From: Amphiscolops sp. MND2022
Taxonomy: Eukaryota
Length of the DNA stretch: 64,000 bases
Direction: 5' to 3'
Assembly (NCBI GenBank): GCA_964187785.1
Contig: OZ076409.1
Coordinates: 49,664,001-49,728,000, forward strand
The notes beneath the pieces were generated by a model, which saw only the letters and a program-made list of their open reading frames with translations, did not search any database and was not told where the DNA came from. Position 1 is the stretch's first letter. Every line of letters starts with the position of its first letter. The translations under genes were made by a program, and so were the position numbers. Shown here in pieces: positions 23,401-38,400 of this stretch.

Positions 23401-26400
23401 AGACTAACAAAAAATGCCTGAAAGCTTTCATTAGGCTATTTGAAGCAAAAATACTATGCAATAAAAATTAAAAAGAAGCATGTTGAAGGTATCATTCTAT
23501 TTTTGTCGGTTGCCATTAAGTTACAATAGGGCCCATTTATGCCATATGGCATTGAAACATTTTGTGTTGAAGCCTGCTGGACCAGATCAAGAACCCTAGA
23601 TGCAAGTCAGTGGTTGCAGCCTTGCAATACGCCAAATCCAGGGCAGTAAAGAGATGGCGAGAACTAGACATGCGAATAACAGATGCCGCCAACGAGGCCA
23701 AGGACAACGTAAAGTACCTCTACACCCTGGATAAATTCTTCGGACCCCTCGGAATCTGTGACCCGGTAAACCCCACTCGAGTTTCTAAAGTGCACCACGT
23801 TTCAGGCTTCGAAAAATTAAAATGATTAGATTCGTTGGAAGTTTTATCATGATTTGATTCCCAGACTTGGCTGAGATCGCTGATTATGTAATATCATTCG
23901 GTTCTTTCTAATATCATATCATTATGTAATAACTTCGATTCTGGAACTATTTCTCATTGTTTCGCAGAGGCACTGCGAAAAATGATATCCCTATAGATAA
24001 GACGCATGAAAACGCATGGGATGGGATTCTTTAATGAAAGATGTCGGGTCTATTTCAATCTAGATTTGTCATTTGTCTTCACTTTCAGTCAGGAATACCA
24101 AAGCAGCATGAAGATATACCAAATAAGTGGATTTCATATGATATTGTCAACTTCCATACTTCCGAAGTTCTGAGTCAGTAATAAGTCGACCTTGTTCTTT
24201 ACTTCATATTTTTGTGTTGTAGAAAAGCATGGTGGAATTATTGCCAAGTCTGCTCACAGCAGTGAAGATGATTCATAGCATCAGTCAGTACTACAATACG
24301 TCAGAGAGAATGACGTCATTGTTCGTGAAAGTGACCAATCAAATGATCACAACATGCAAGGCCTACATCAAAGAAGGAGTATCCAACATTCGAGAGATGG
24401 ATCGGTTAGATAATGCATTACATAACATGCATGACGACTGCTCATAAGAAAACCTCTTATATATAACATAAGAAAACACTTATATAACAAATATGCCCTG
24501 GGTTTCCAAAAATGGATTCCTTCAAAAACTTTTTGAAGATCAATGCATACAATAAATTCCTTCGAAGGTCCTTTAAAATACAGGTATTTGTTTGAAGGTC
24601 TTCCATACGAACTTATTCCTAATGGAACATTTTCCGAAATGAATATAATTCTCCAAGAATTCGCGCGATATTCATGGCCCAATGTACGGTGAAGCGTTTG
24701 TTACATTGATTTCAATATCGGAACCAGAGAATACAACAAGTTCATAGTTTATAATGGTCATTGACTTATGTCGTTCAGAAGTTTTTCGAATGCGACCCAT
24801 GGTGTTGTAATGCTTCACATTTCAGAGATGACCCAAATTTTGACTTATATGAAACCTAGTAAGTGATCATGACCCAATTTGTTCCACTTGCAAAATCATT
24901 TGAACACTGCAAAAAGCAAACTTTTGCAAAATTTTAGAAACTCTACATGGAATTTTCGCACGTTCAATTCATTACCATTGTTCCAAACTTTCATACCTGC
25001 ACTACTCATTAAAACCTAATCTGAAAATTTGCCCTTCATGGTTTCCATTTCATGCCCGAAGGGATGAAATAGGTCGTAATTTAGGATTTTGGGCGTAAAC
25101 GAAAAGCGTAGGCAATGTTCCATTCAAACCTGACTTCAGATAACAGGGTTTATCCAGTTATCATGTTTTTCTACTCAACAACCAATAATTTTGAACATTT
25201 CGTTGTGCAAAGCTCGGAACCCAGGTAAAATTTTATCTCCAACCATTTGAATCATTTTCATCATAGCATTCAATCGAACGTTCCATACTTCCCCAAATCG
25301 GTATCCCCAGAAAAATGAAAACGTGGTTATAGTAATTTCATTCCAATGACCATTTCGCGGTTGATTTCAGAGAACTTCTTTTGGGCCGAATAGCAGACTG
25401 TCTTCTGCTGAGAGACGAGTACAAAAACGAGTTCAGACGAGTGAAGGAAAAAGCGGAAGAAAAAGGAGAGAAAAGTTTCGACTTCAGGTTATTTTCACTC
25501 TAATTTTATTCTAACTCTTCTTCTTCACTCGTCACCTTTGAAAATCACTTTTTCAAGTTCGTCATTTTTTTACGTAACGGGAAAACATTTATTACATCAT
25601 GTTGACTTGAAATTACATCATGAAAAAAAGGCCTGGAAAATGTCCCAAGGTGATATGAGTTCACAAAAATTGCATAATTATTCACATTCACTTGTAATGT
25701 TTGTTTCCCAGTGAAAACTACATTTTCGGCAAGTTCGACGCATTCTGTCGAAGACTTGAGAAGATCAAAAACATGATGGAAACCATTGACAATTTATCTG
25801 GACTGACAGACGTGCGAGTGGAAGGAATTGATGTTTTGGCAATCAAGTTCCAGAACATTGTGATGGCCACAAAGAAGAAGAGCTATGATTTGCTCGATCA
25901 TCGTAAAAATGATTTCGACACCGATTACGACGATTTCAAAACGCAAATTGATGCACTGATGAGTCAATTACAGACCTTCGTTGATCAACAGTTCGAGAAA
26001 AGCGCTTCTGTAAGTAATTTGAGTTCGGATGCAGTAAATTACAGGGTATTCATCTTTTTTGAAATTTTTTAGCATCTGGAAATTTTCCCCAAAAATTGAT
26101 GATGAGAAACCATTTCATCACAACTTGAACAAAAAAGAACTTCAAAGTAATCGTTTTTATACATTACTGCTAATACTTACACTTTCTGATACAGATTCTG
26201 AAAGACACACAAGTTATGAATATTGGAGCAGTAAGTATGTCGAAATTCGAGGTTCTTCAAGCAACACTTTAGCAACCTCATTATCATCATCATCATCATC
26301 GCTTATAGATAATATCACCGCTTTTTCGTGGTTGTTGCTGCTTCAAAACTTTATCAACTTTGCGTACCATTGCATGGTTAGATTCATTAGCGTCAAAAAC

Positions 26401-29400
26401 CACTTGATAATTCAATTGCAGTCTCATGAAAGTAAAAAACAGCTACTTTTCTGAGAACCATAACACCAGATCCATGTGACCTTTAGAGGCTAACTCCACT
26501 TGAGGATGACCTCTGTTCAATCTTTTCCAGACAACGAGGTCGCTGACTCTCCTGGAGAAGTTTGAGAGGATCACTTTGCCGAAAGATGTGAAGCTTGATC
26601 TGTTTGACAAATACCAGCTGGTGTTTTTCAAGTACGGCAAAGATGTGGACCTCTGTCGAAAGACTTACATGAAGCAGCGAGTCGATCCCCCTGTTCCGAG
26701 AAACCATCCACCGGTATCAAAATCTGCTTTTTAATTTTGCAAAACTCATATTCTTTACTAGTAAAGACTACCACATGGAATTTAAGCAAATTATGACGAA
26801 CAAAGTAAAGTTCTAAGTTCTATAAATCATTTCATGAGTGAAATAGTGCTAATAATATAAGGAGTTAAATATGTAACATGCATAAAGAATCTACCTGATG
26901 AAAATGGCCTCTCTCTCTCTCTCCCATTTACTTTACTACTCAAAATTTCAATTGACAACTAATTGGAGACTGACTCTTATTTTCATTTCATGAAATGAAA
27001 TAAGAGTCAATTTCCAATTTGCAACCAAGCACTACTGTCTGTAACAATTTGTGATCGCATATTTTTAGCTCAATTCATGAAAGTTTCTAAATTTTTGCAA
27101 GCAAATCATCTTTTAATTGGATAGAACCCTTTTCCTGAAATTCACACGATTTGAATGATGAAATATTTCAGATCTCGGGCAAGATCTACTGGTCTCGCCA
27201 GTTGTTCCGCAAGATCGATGAACCCATGCAGATCTTCAAGAGCAAGAATGATCTCCTTAAATCGAACGAGGCCAAAAGAATTGTGAAAAACTACAACAGG
27301 ATGGCTTCGGCTCTTCTGGAGTTCGAACTGACTTATCACAAAACGTGGTTCAAAGCTGTCGAAATAGCCCGATCTGGAATGAACTCTTCTCTACTAATCA
27401 GACACCCTGAAAGCAACAAGTTCATCCTGAATTTCGACACACAAATCTACGAGTTGATCGATGAAACCAAAAATTTCATCAAACTCGAGTTAGAGATCCC
27501 AGAGGCTGCTAGAAACATGATGCTGAACGAAGAAATTATCAAAGGTAATTTCAGCACGTCGAACATGGTTCATGACTTTTAAAACTTACAGTTCTTTAAT
27601 AAAATAAAATAAGTTTTCAAAATTTCAAAACAGCAAATTCCTGGGTATTTTTTCGATTATGTACTATCATCATGTATTTTGGACAACAGTTAAATTCTCG
27701 GTTAAAATGACCAATATATTTAGAAATACATATTGAAATATTAAACTTCATGAACAAAGTGAAAGATTTTATCTTTTTTTTGCTAGATTCAAATTTGCAC
27801 ACCTCTTTTGCAAGAAAATAGGGCTTCCTAACTTAGTCTCGATTCCTGGCATTTTTTCACGTTGTTTATCACACAACTCACTGGAGGTGTGTTGCAGGGA
27901 TCAACCGAGACGTATCTTCTGCTGTGAAGAGATACTACAACGTGGTCGACTCCATCCCTCCCCTTTTGGTGCCTTTGATGAGACCCTTCTGTGAGAAGGT
28001 GGAGAAGGTGATGGAGAGGGGTGTCTTCCAATTATCCTGGAACTCCGCCAGTCTGGGGACATGTCAGTACAGTTCCTCAATTTGACACCTATAATGTTGT
28101 CGCAGAAATGCTCATCGTATTCTACCAACAATGTAGAATGGATTGAATTTTGCTGAAGTCATTTAAGCCAATGTTCGAGTAAATTTTACTTCAAAACTGA
28201 GAACTCTTTTTTCCAAAAAGTTAATACTGTCGACATCAATTGATGATTTTTTTAGCAAGCTTGCTCATTAAAAATTCTCGACCGCCTTTTTTGAAACATA
28301 AAGTATTCCATCTACGGATTCCAATTACTCAAGTCTAAAAATGTTATGGAGACGAACTTATGTATACGACAAGGTATGCCAACGAGCTTATGTAGAGTTT
28401 GATTGTACCAATGATCATACTTCTTATTAGAACCTTTTCTTTGCTAATTAAACACGGAAGAATAATTTTCCCTGATCTAAATAATGTAATTGCAGACATC
28501 GAAGACTGCGAGAGTGAGATCACGGAACTTGAAATCCTAAACAAGCATGTTTCCGATATCCTTGAGTGCCGAATCGAGGCTACTCTAAACGAGATGGAGC
28601 GAACTCCTCTGTGTGAGGTGCCTGAACATGACACTATGACTCCTAAGGAGTTCCTCAAACTGACCGAATCCACTTGTGCCAAAGCCTTCGAGACACTCAA
28701 GAACCAAAGTCTGAAGGTGGAAGCTTCAGTCGACGAACTGATCAATACACTCAAGTCTCAGGTGAGAGGAGCAAAACTGTTGTTTTACTTTTTAAAAAAT
28801 AACAAGACGCCCGCTGACCAGCAGGATATTTTCCGTCCCAACTGTTCTAGCAATGACATATTTTTGAGGCTCAAGAGTAGCCATTGCACTATGAAAACGC
28901 ACAGAGGCTTGATGAAAACAGGTTTGCCACTTTTTGAATAATGTCATGCCATTTCAGAAGGGAACATTTCAAGAAGACACCAAACACATATTTGATTTTT
29001 TGTCAGATTGTGTTTATTCCAAAACCTAACCAATTGATTTTTCTTTAAATTTACGCGAAATCAGCAAAAACGTCAAAATTTCTACAATTTTGCGCTTTTT
29101 CGACAACTTTGCGGTCATTTGAGGAACCCCTATAAGAAACTGTAGATTTAAAAAAACGCCTATTGGATAACGGGTCCAGTTGTTCTTGAATAACAAAATT
29201 GCTCGAAACGTTCACAAAAAAGTCTATCAACATTTCAAAAATAAAAAATTGATTTTCACTAAATTTCAAGTCGTTTTGCATATACAATTGTGGATTTCGT
29301 ATATAAAAATTCTGCATGCCTAAAAATTCTGGACTATTAAGAAGTTTTGGTAATTTTTGATAGAAATTCACTAATTTGTCGAACAACTACCAAAACTTGC

Positions 29401-32400
29401 TTTTTTCCGACTATTTTGAGGACATTTCGAAGCTCTTTTCTAACGTGAAACTGCAATTCATCTTCAAAAAACCTACTGAATAACGCATTTGTTCGTTGTT
29501 GAGGGTTTTCTTTCTTCCAACGATGGAAACTTCTCAAAAAGTTCAGAACTTTGCATAAGAAACTTAATTGAATTTAGACTATTTATTTTCGACTCGTCAG
29601 GGGTACTTTTGAAGTACTTTTGAAGCAACATACTGCAATTTTCTTCGAGTTTTTGAGTGTTTAAAACTTTCCTAGTCACAAAACCTTTCAAAATTTAAAC
29701 ACAAACTGCAGGAAAAACTATAATTTCGAAGTATTTTTGATGTGAAGCACTGTAATTTTCTCATCAAGAAGGAAAACTACATACCTGATTCTATCGCCTT
29801 TGATTGTTTTGAACCATCTAATTCAATAAATTCTTAGAATTTGTAGTCGAATAACATGAAGAATCTACATAAACTAGAAATTTTTGGAGTTTTCGACAAC
29901 TTTTGAGTCAAATTAAAGCACGTTTGGTATCAGAAATTGGCAATTATTCCATCAAAAAGCCCACCGGGCAACGCCTTCAGTTTTTCTTGAATCATTTCAA
30001 AGTTTTATTCCATGAAAAGGTTGACACTTTACAAAAAATGCGTTGCAAAATACAAAAACGTAAAAAATGTAAGATTTTTATACTATTTTGGGTTCCTTGT
30101 GGCAATTCTTTTTTTTTACAAAACTGCATTTATCTCCGCAAACAACCCTATTGGACAACGAAATCATTAGTGGTTGAAGGTATTTAAAGTTCCGATCAAT
30201 GAAATCTTTAGAAATTTGACAAAAGTTGCATGAAAACGTGAAAAGTCGGTACATTTTGAAGTTTTTGTCATTTTTGGTCGCAAATTGTGCGTTTTTTTTT
30301 CATTCCAAAACTTCCTTTTTTTCCTTGAAAAAGCCTTCCTGACAACCAATTGGTTCCTTGTTGAACGTCCCTGAAGTTCAAAGCCACCAACGGTTTCCAC
30401 AGTTACACAAAATCTGCATAAAAGTTTCAAAATTTGATTTTATTTTGTGTTTTTGTCAATTTCGGTCAGAATTTGATGCATTTTTTCAACACCAAGTGCT
30501 TTTATCTCTTCAAAGAAACAACCACGACAACGAATTTGTTCCTTATTGAACGTCTTCAACTTTATAAAATACCAAGTCTTTCGAAAAGTACACAAAAATT
30601 GCATAAAAAATTCAAAAAGCTGAATTTTCAAGTATTTTGTTAATTTCGGTCCGAATTTGATGCATTTTTTCATTAAAAAATTGCATTTTTTTCTTTGGAA
30701 AAGCCTCTTGGTTAACAATTTTTTTCTCTTTGGATTGTTTTCAACATTCAAAGCCAAGAAATTTATCGATAATTTGACAAAAATTGCACAAAATTGGAAA
30801 ATTTTGCAGTTTTTACTATTTTTGAGGTCATTTTTCGGTCGTTCTGGGGTCTTTGGGGTCAACCAAAAAAGTCTAAAAATCTCGACAAATACATACCGCA
30901 TGCTACTAATTTTACATCAGTTGAATTCTATGGGTGAAACCCTTTAGCTAGGATATAAATTTAATTCATGGCAAATATTGTATAAAAAACCGTTTGATTT
31001 AAATGTTATCCCTTTCCATATGAAATATGGACTGAAATTAACAAAGGTCTTGGCGTTCCAGGAATTTTGTCACGATACGGTATTATGGCTGTAAATCTTA
31101 CCTGGTTTGAGTCAAAACTGGTCTAGAAACCCGCATCTAGTATTGTCAGAGCGATTACTTTGAATCATTAAGCATTCAGACAACCCGGGAACGGCCCAAG
31201 TTCACGCTTCGCTCAAGGTTCACAAAAACCAGTTTTTGAAAAATATGCAGATACACATAATGAGAATGTTAACGAATTTACATTGCCGGAAGATACCAAA
31301 AAGGAATACCATAATACTCAAAATTTGCTTTTTTCCCCACTGCAAAAATCAAAATCCGATTTTTATAAATTTTATTTTTTGAATTTTTTTCGGAAATAGT
31401 CTCCTGTGCCAAAACGTAGCTTTAAGCTCGCCAAATGCTCTTTTCAGGCCGATAACATTTATGAGAGTGACGGGGGTTATCTTTGACCAAATGAAAATTT
31501 TTTTCGAAGAAAAGCAGCACAGTGCCGAAAAAAACCGCAGGTCATTTCCGCAATTATTGAAAGACTATCATCCGTTCCACGGGACCAAAAAAATTAAATC
31601 ACCCTTAAGACTCGGAGTTTTATTTTCAGAAACCTCAAAAAACCTGAAATTTTGTGGAAAAAACTTTTTGGATTTTAAAAAAATATGTGTTGTTCTTCGG
31701 GAAGTCGTATAGAGCCGAAAAATCTGAAGTGGCCTTCTCTGCTCGCAAAACGCTTTGTTTCTGATAAAAATAGAGGGAGGGGATTCCGGTCAACGGTAGG
31801 AAATTCGCGTTAACCACTAGGCCAAGCGGCAGTGATACTAACTAACTTGAATTCTAACTTATAGAATTGCTCATAGAAATCTGTCAGTTTGCCGGTCTTT
31901 AAAAAGTCGGTTTTTTCTTTGAAAAGCGCCAGCTAAAAAAAAAACAAAGAAAAACATAGCGCGAAACCTTGAATGTTACAGATGATATTTTTCTTTATAA
32001 ATCTCCTGAAAAACAATTAACAAAAATAAAGTCTTCGCCAATTGAAAAATTATTGACCTCACAGAACAAACGACACCATAGAACGAACAATCGGCATAGT
32101 TCATGTTTGGATCCTTTCATAATCTTTCTTTTTGTTTCTCGAATGTATTTTTTTCTTTTATGCACCATTCATTGTGTATCGAGCGAACGTAAACGGTGGG
32201 TTTTTGTAGCTATGGGATGACTCGCAAAAGGTGGGCCTGGACGAGGACCATTACCCGTGCACAAATCCAGAGGGCAAACACAAGACTCGCTGCCAGGACT
32301 GTCTCTCATGCGCTTTTTACAACACTCTCAACACATTCACCCAGCGCAACACTGAGTCACTGATCAAATGTAAGATCATAGACTTTCATCTTTAAAAACA

Positions 32401-35400
32401 AAAAGCTTCAATTTTGAAATTGAAATTAGTCAGCTGATTGTTGACAACATTTGAATAAGCTGCTTTGAAAAACTTTTTCAGACAGAAGAGTTGGCACGTC
32501 TTTCAAAAACTCGAGCTTCCTTTTTTTGTGAACGTTGCTCACTACGTTAGGACGGGAGACTGCAAAAACTTAATTTCCACGAAAAAATTCTTTAAAAAAT
32601 CAACTTGTTTGATTTCTAGGCACCAAGCTATCCCTGGACCTGATTCGACGTCGCCTGCAAGTGTCGACAGTGTATGGCAAGAACAAGGATGCGGAGGAAG
32701 CCAAAGTGCCTCTGTTCAAGACTGACATCGTGCTGGCCATTCCTCTGATCCAGATCAAACCCAGTTTGGAGAATATCCAAAAGTACCTGACTGACTCAGT
32801 CCAGACCATCCTCAAGATGACCATGGAGTTCCCAACCTGGAGACACTCTAAGGTGCAGCAGCAACAGCAGCAGAAGGTGAATATATTCTATGGCCTTTGA
32901 TTTGAAACGTTGACGTCCCCGGTTGAGAAAAAATGCTTTCCTTGCATGGATCTCGAATTTTCTGTGGATTCCTTGAAAGAATCTTGCAAGATCCTTGTTT
33001 CAAATGCGTTCCACACAAGATACTTGCTAGTCTTTCTTTGTATTATTTGGAAGATTCTTGCAAGGAACTAATTTCTATGCAAGATCTTGCAAAGTAAGTG
33101 TAAGTAGATGTCTTCTCGGAAAACTTAACCAGGATTACACTTCCTTGTGAAATTCTTCCAAGGAGTACCTTTGCATTTTTTCAACACCACGGTTTTCTCA
33201 AATTTTTGCATGTTTTATACATATCTGGGGAAAGTTTTAATGCCTTATATCAAAAAACTAAGCACCATCAAAATCCTGGTGATCTTCAAAGTTCCGGATC
33301 CATTCAACCTAGAACACAAGGGAGACAATTTCATCACTTTCAGTTCTGTTCATAGAAATGAGCATTTGATCCAAAACTTACAGCTAACAGATTAACAAAC
33401 GTGGCTTAATTAAATGTATGATTAATCAATTTCAATCAACTTGATTAATCGTATGATATGTATTTGTTTACATATAATTTGGAATGGATTGTTAGACTTT
33501 CAAAATCCATTTTATTTTTCAATGAAACTTTTAGCAGAAAGCTGATCAAGTAAATATTTTCCGAGTCTTATTGTTCTTTTTTTGTTTTGTTGTGTTTGTT
33601 AATCGTTTTTTACTTGTTTGTTTGTTCATTTGTCTGGTTGCTCGTTCACTGTTTATGCTTAGGAAGCCTTGATAGATCGACAAGGAGCTACAAGTGTGAA
33701 CAAGGCATGGGGTGTTTGTTATAAAATTTGTTACATGACCTATCACATCATAGATGTTCATCATTACCCCTTCCCCTTCAAAAAATCTGTTTAAACTGCA
33801 ATCAACGATGTTGATAAAATTCAATAGTGGTGCATTTTTTTGAATTTGGATGATTTTTATCTGTCGGGGTTTCATATATTTTTCATGGTTTCAATTCGGA
33901 AGTTGAAGCAACATATCTATATTTGTATCACTCTGGTATGGCGAACCTTGAAAGCCTTTTCTTCATTTCTACGTACTTACTAGATCGTGTAACAAAATTG
34001 CCGAAAATGGTTGATCATCATAGACTGTCCTTTTAGAATGAATAAATTATTTAAACAAGTCCACAAATTTGAAGATAAATTTGGGTCATTTTATAGGAAT
34101 GGGAGATGCAACAAGATCAGAGCAAGGATGACAAAGTCGTCCAACAATTCACTGTGAAACCTCTGCACAAAATCATTTCTGACCACAAGGATGTTATCAA
34201 GGTTGTTATTCCTTTACAATCTGTGATTTCTTCCAACAAAGTCGAGGTGGAGGAACAACTCAAAGAGTTTGACCGCTTTTCTGAGCTCTGGAAGGAAGAC
34301 TCGAGTCAGAAAGTAAAAGAATTCCAAGAAGAGGAACCGCTGATGTCCGATTATGGAATTCAAATTCGAAAGTACCAGAACTTGGAGAACGATATCAATG
34401 CCCTTCAAGCTGCGTACCAAGTTGGATCCCTGTTGCTGGTTACTGAACCTTTGCAACTGGCTCTGATCCAAGAAACCAGAAACTGGAAATGGTCTTACGG
34501 AAAGGCCCTGAACGAAGTTGGCTCCACCAAGATGCAAGAAATCTTCGACTTCATTGAAAACCTGACCAAAAAACTGTCTCGACCAATCAAAGATTTGGAT
34601 GATATTCGTACAGCTATGGCTGCGTTGATGGAAATGCGAGAGAAGTTCATTTCCATTGAGATGACGATTGCGCCAATCGAGGAAGCGTACCTGATTCTCA
34701 ACAGGTTTGAACTCGTTTTCAATGACGGCAACGCTGAGCGAGTTGATAGTTTGACTTACGCATGGAAAAAGCTGATTGCTCAAGCCAAAGAGGTTCAAGA
34801 CAACCTCTTGGAAGTCCAACCCGGATTCAAGGGTGGACTTTTGGATGGTATTACCCAATTCAAATGCGATTTGGATGGTTTCGACGAAGAATATGGATCT
34901 AAGGGTCCTATGGAAGAGGGAATCAAGCCACGAGAAGCTTCAGACAGGTTGGTCGTGTTCCAAGCTAAGTTTGATGAGCTCTGGCGCAAATACCAGACCT
35001 ACTCCGGAGGGGAAGAGTTGTTTGGTCTGAATGTGACTGATTACCCGAATCTGCAGAAAGTGAAGAAGGAGCTGAACTTGCTGCAGAAGCTGTACTCACT
35101 GTACAATGACGTCATTGACACTGTGAACGGGTATTATGACATACCCTGGACTGACGTAGACATCGAGAAAATCAACCAAGAGTTGACTGACTTCCAAAAC
35201 AAGTTTGTACCCATGTATAACTGTTTTTAAAGAAAAGAACTGTTTTCCTGGAAGAGATCCTATCACAAAGAAAAAAGAAAACGATATTTAAAATACTTCA
35301 AACTGAGTAAACTGCTTGAATTTACTTCGGTTTACATCAAATGGTCTTTTGCGAAAAGAGCTAAATCACTTTTCATTTATGCGTTATATGTGCGTTATAG

Positions 35401-38400
35401 ATGCCGAAAGCTTCCAAAAGCCCTCAAAGATTGGCAAGCCTTTGAGGAGTTGAAGAAGACGATTGATGACTTCAACGAGACTTGTCCCCTGTTGGAAATG
35501 ATGGCCAACAAGTCAATGAAGACAAGACACTGGGACCGTATCGCAACTCTCACGGGGCACACTTTCGACATAGAGAGCGAAAACTTCCTGCTGAAGAACA
35601 TCATGGAAGCCCCTCTGCTGCAATACAAAGAGGATATTGAGGTTAGAAAATTCAAAAAAAAATGAAGAAAAACGAACTGCTGTCCTTTTAGAAGGAAGAT
35701 ATATGAAGTGCTTCAGGAATTATTGTGTCAGAAAAATTCTGCTCAATTAAGGAGCTTAATGTTTTCAGCCAGTAAAATGTTTGAGTTTCTATGAATTAAA
35801 TTTAGTAGGTGTCATATCTGATTAGATGGAAAAATAGCTTTTTTTGGCCAAATTCGTGAGCAGAATGAGATGAACCTTCGAAGGAATGTAAGCCTACGAT
35901 AATTTTACTGACTAAAATAAATATCTCAAATGATATCTTTTGAGATATTTAATTTAGTCAGCAAAATTATTATAGATTCGTTCGAATGTTCATATCATTC
36001 TGTTCACGAGTTTGGTCCAAAAAAGCTAGTTTTCCAGCTAATGAAATGTGACAGCTTTTGAACTTGATTTCATAGACTCAAACATAAAACGTCTCGTGAA
36101 AATGTCTAAATAACAAATGCTATATGAAACATTTCATTCATTTGCTATTTAGACATTTTCACAATACGTTTAATTCAACGTGCTGGACACATGATTCTTC
36201 GGTTGACGAAACTGCTTGCATGCAATGCTTACTGGTGTTTCTAGGATATCTGTATCGCGGCCGTAAAAGAGAAGGATATTGAAGCTAAGCTGAAGCAGGT
36301 TGTTACTGACTGGAGTGTGCAGAGCTTCTCATTCGGAAACTTCAAAACCAGAGGAGAGCTACTTCTCAAAGGACAAGAAACGAGCGAGATTGTGGCACTC
36401 ATGGAAGACTCGCTTATGATACTGGGGTCTCTAATGAGCAACAGGTAAGGACAAAAGAATCTTAGAAACATTGTGGGTTTCCGTAGGAAATTGTTATGTA
36501 TGTTGAAAATGAGCTCTTGGCTATGAAATGCGATTGTAAACATTAGTATCTCATCAATGCATGACTTTATGATGACATTTTTTAGCATGCCAATCTTGTG
36601 ATACCTTTTCCCAATATTTGCTTGAAGCTGAATATTTACTTCAGATACAACGCACCCTTCAAAGCTGATATCCAAAAATGGGTTCAGAAACTGTCGACCA
36701 CGACTGAAATCATTGAAAACTGGATGACTGTTCAAAACTTGTGGGTCTATCTTGAGGCTGTGTTTGTTGGTGGTGACATTGCCAAACAGCTGCCCCAAGA
36801 GGCCAAACGATTCTCCAACATTGACAAATCCTGGGTCAAAATCATGACCCATGCCCACGAAAACCCCAATGTCGTGACGTGCTGTGTGGGAGATGACATG
36901 CTGGGTCAACTTTTGCCGCATCTTCTGGAACAGCTGGAGCTTTGCCAGAAGTCATTGACTGGATACCTTGAGAAGAAGCGTCTAATCTTCCCCCGATTCT
37001 TCTTCGTGTCAGATCCCAGTTTGCTGGAAATTCTGGGTCAAGCCAGCGATTCGCACACAATCCAAGCGCACTTGCTGAATATCTTCGACAACTTGGCTAC
37101 TGTTACTTTCCACGAAAAGGAATACGACAAAATGATGGCGTTCAATTCCTCAGAAGGAGAGAGCATTGACTTCGAAAGACCAGTTCTGGCCCAAGGAAAC
37201 GTGGAGATCTGGTTGGGCACATTGCTTCAAGAGCAGCAAAAATCCCTCCATGGGGTTATCAGAAGAGCCAACGTGGCGTTGGGAGATGCTGGATTCAAAA
37301 TGATTGAGTTCCAGAATCAGTTTGCAGCTCAAGTTGGTTTGCTGGCCTTGCAAATCATCTGGACTAGAGATTCCGAAGTGGCGCTCCAGAATGCGAGAAC
37401 TGATCGAAAGGTAAACCCACTTATTTTGAACTTTCTTAACCTAAATGTTAAAGCATAATACATAATTACATACAACTTGATGGCGCTGGATTTCACAGAA
37501 CAATGGTGTCAGGACATTTCGTCCTATGCAATTTCATTCAACCTATGCAATTTCAACCGCTGCCAGATCAATACCGAATTTCCGAATAGAACAATGGTTT
37601 TATTAACCAAACAGCTAAATTTGGCATGTTTTAGACGACTTATTCAATAAAGAATACGACCAGACTGCAATTTTAGCTAGCTTACGGGCAACAATTCGTT
37701 TTTTTTTCGAAGAAAAGCAATACAGTATTTCTCATCTATCATTTTTTCAACCAGATCATGGCGAACACAAACCAGATGTTCTTGGATATTCTAAACGAGC
37801 TCATTGACCAAACAACTCACGAGTTGACAAAAATGGAGAGAACCAAATTCGAAACCCTCATTACCATCCACGTGCATCAGAAAGATATCTTTGATGACCT
37901 GGTGAGATTCAACATTAAGTCTCCCGGTGACTTCGAGTGGCTCAAACAGAGCAGATTCTACTTCAAAGAGGAGACGGATGAGTGTCTTGTCTCCATCACT
38001 GATGTCAGCTTCAACTACATGAACGAGTACCTCGGATGCACAGACAGACTTGTGATCACGCCTCTTACTGACAGGTTTATTAGTCAACAAGTTTTTGCTG
38101 ATTCTAATCTTATGTGGCAACATTTGTAGCTTCTGACAAGGTTTAATGTTTTTGATATACATGCAAAAGGATCATGCAAAGGGACCATCAAAGCGTTATG
38201 GCATTCTGCATTTATGAATGAAAAAGAAAGATTTAAGATTCAATTTATGTAATTTAAACACCATTGGGGCCTTCCGAAACCTTTGATATAGAGAAAATGA
38301 ACAATACTTTTGAACATTTTTTCAAAAAATCCAGACAAGACTTTTTCAGATGCTACATCACACTGGCCCAAGCCCTGGGTATGTCTCTTGGAGGTGCCCC

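Noticed and set aside
29051..30947. Cluster of ORFs in the 3.4-kb intron as a nested gene or transposase
   Set aside because: Low-complexity AT-rich translations on both strands; no DDE or other domain motifs.
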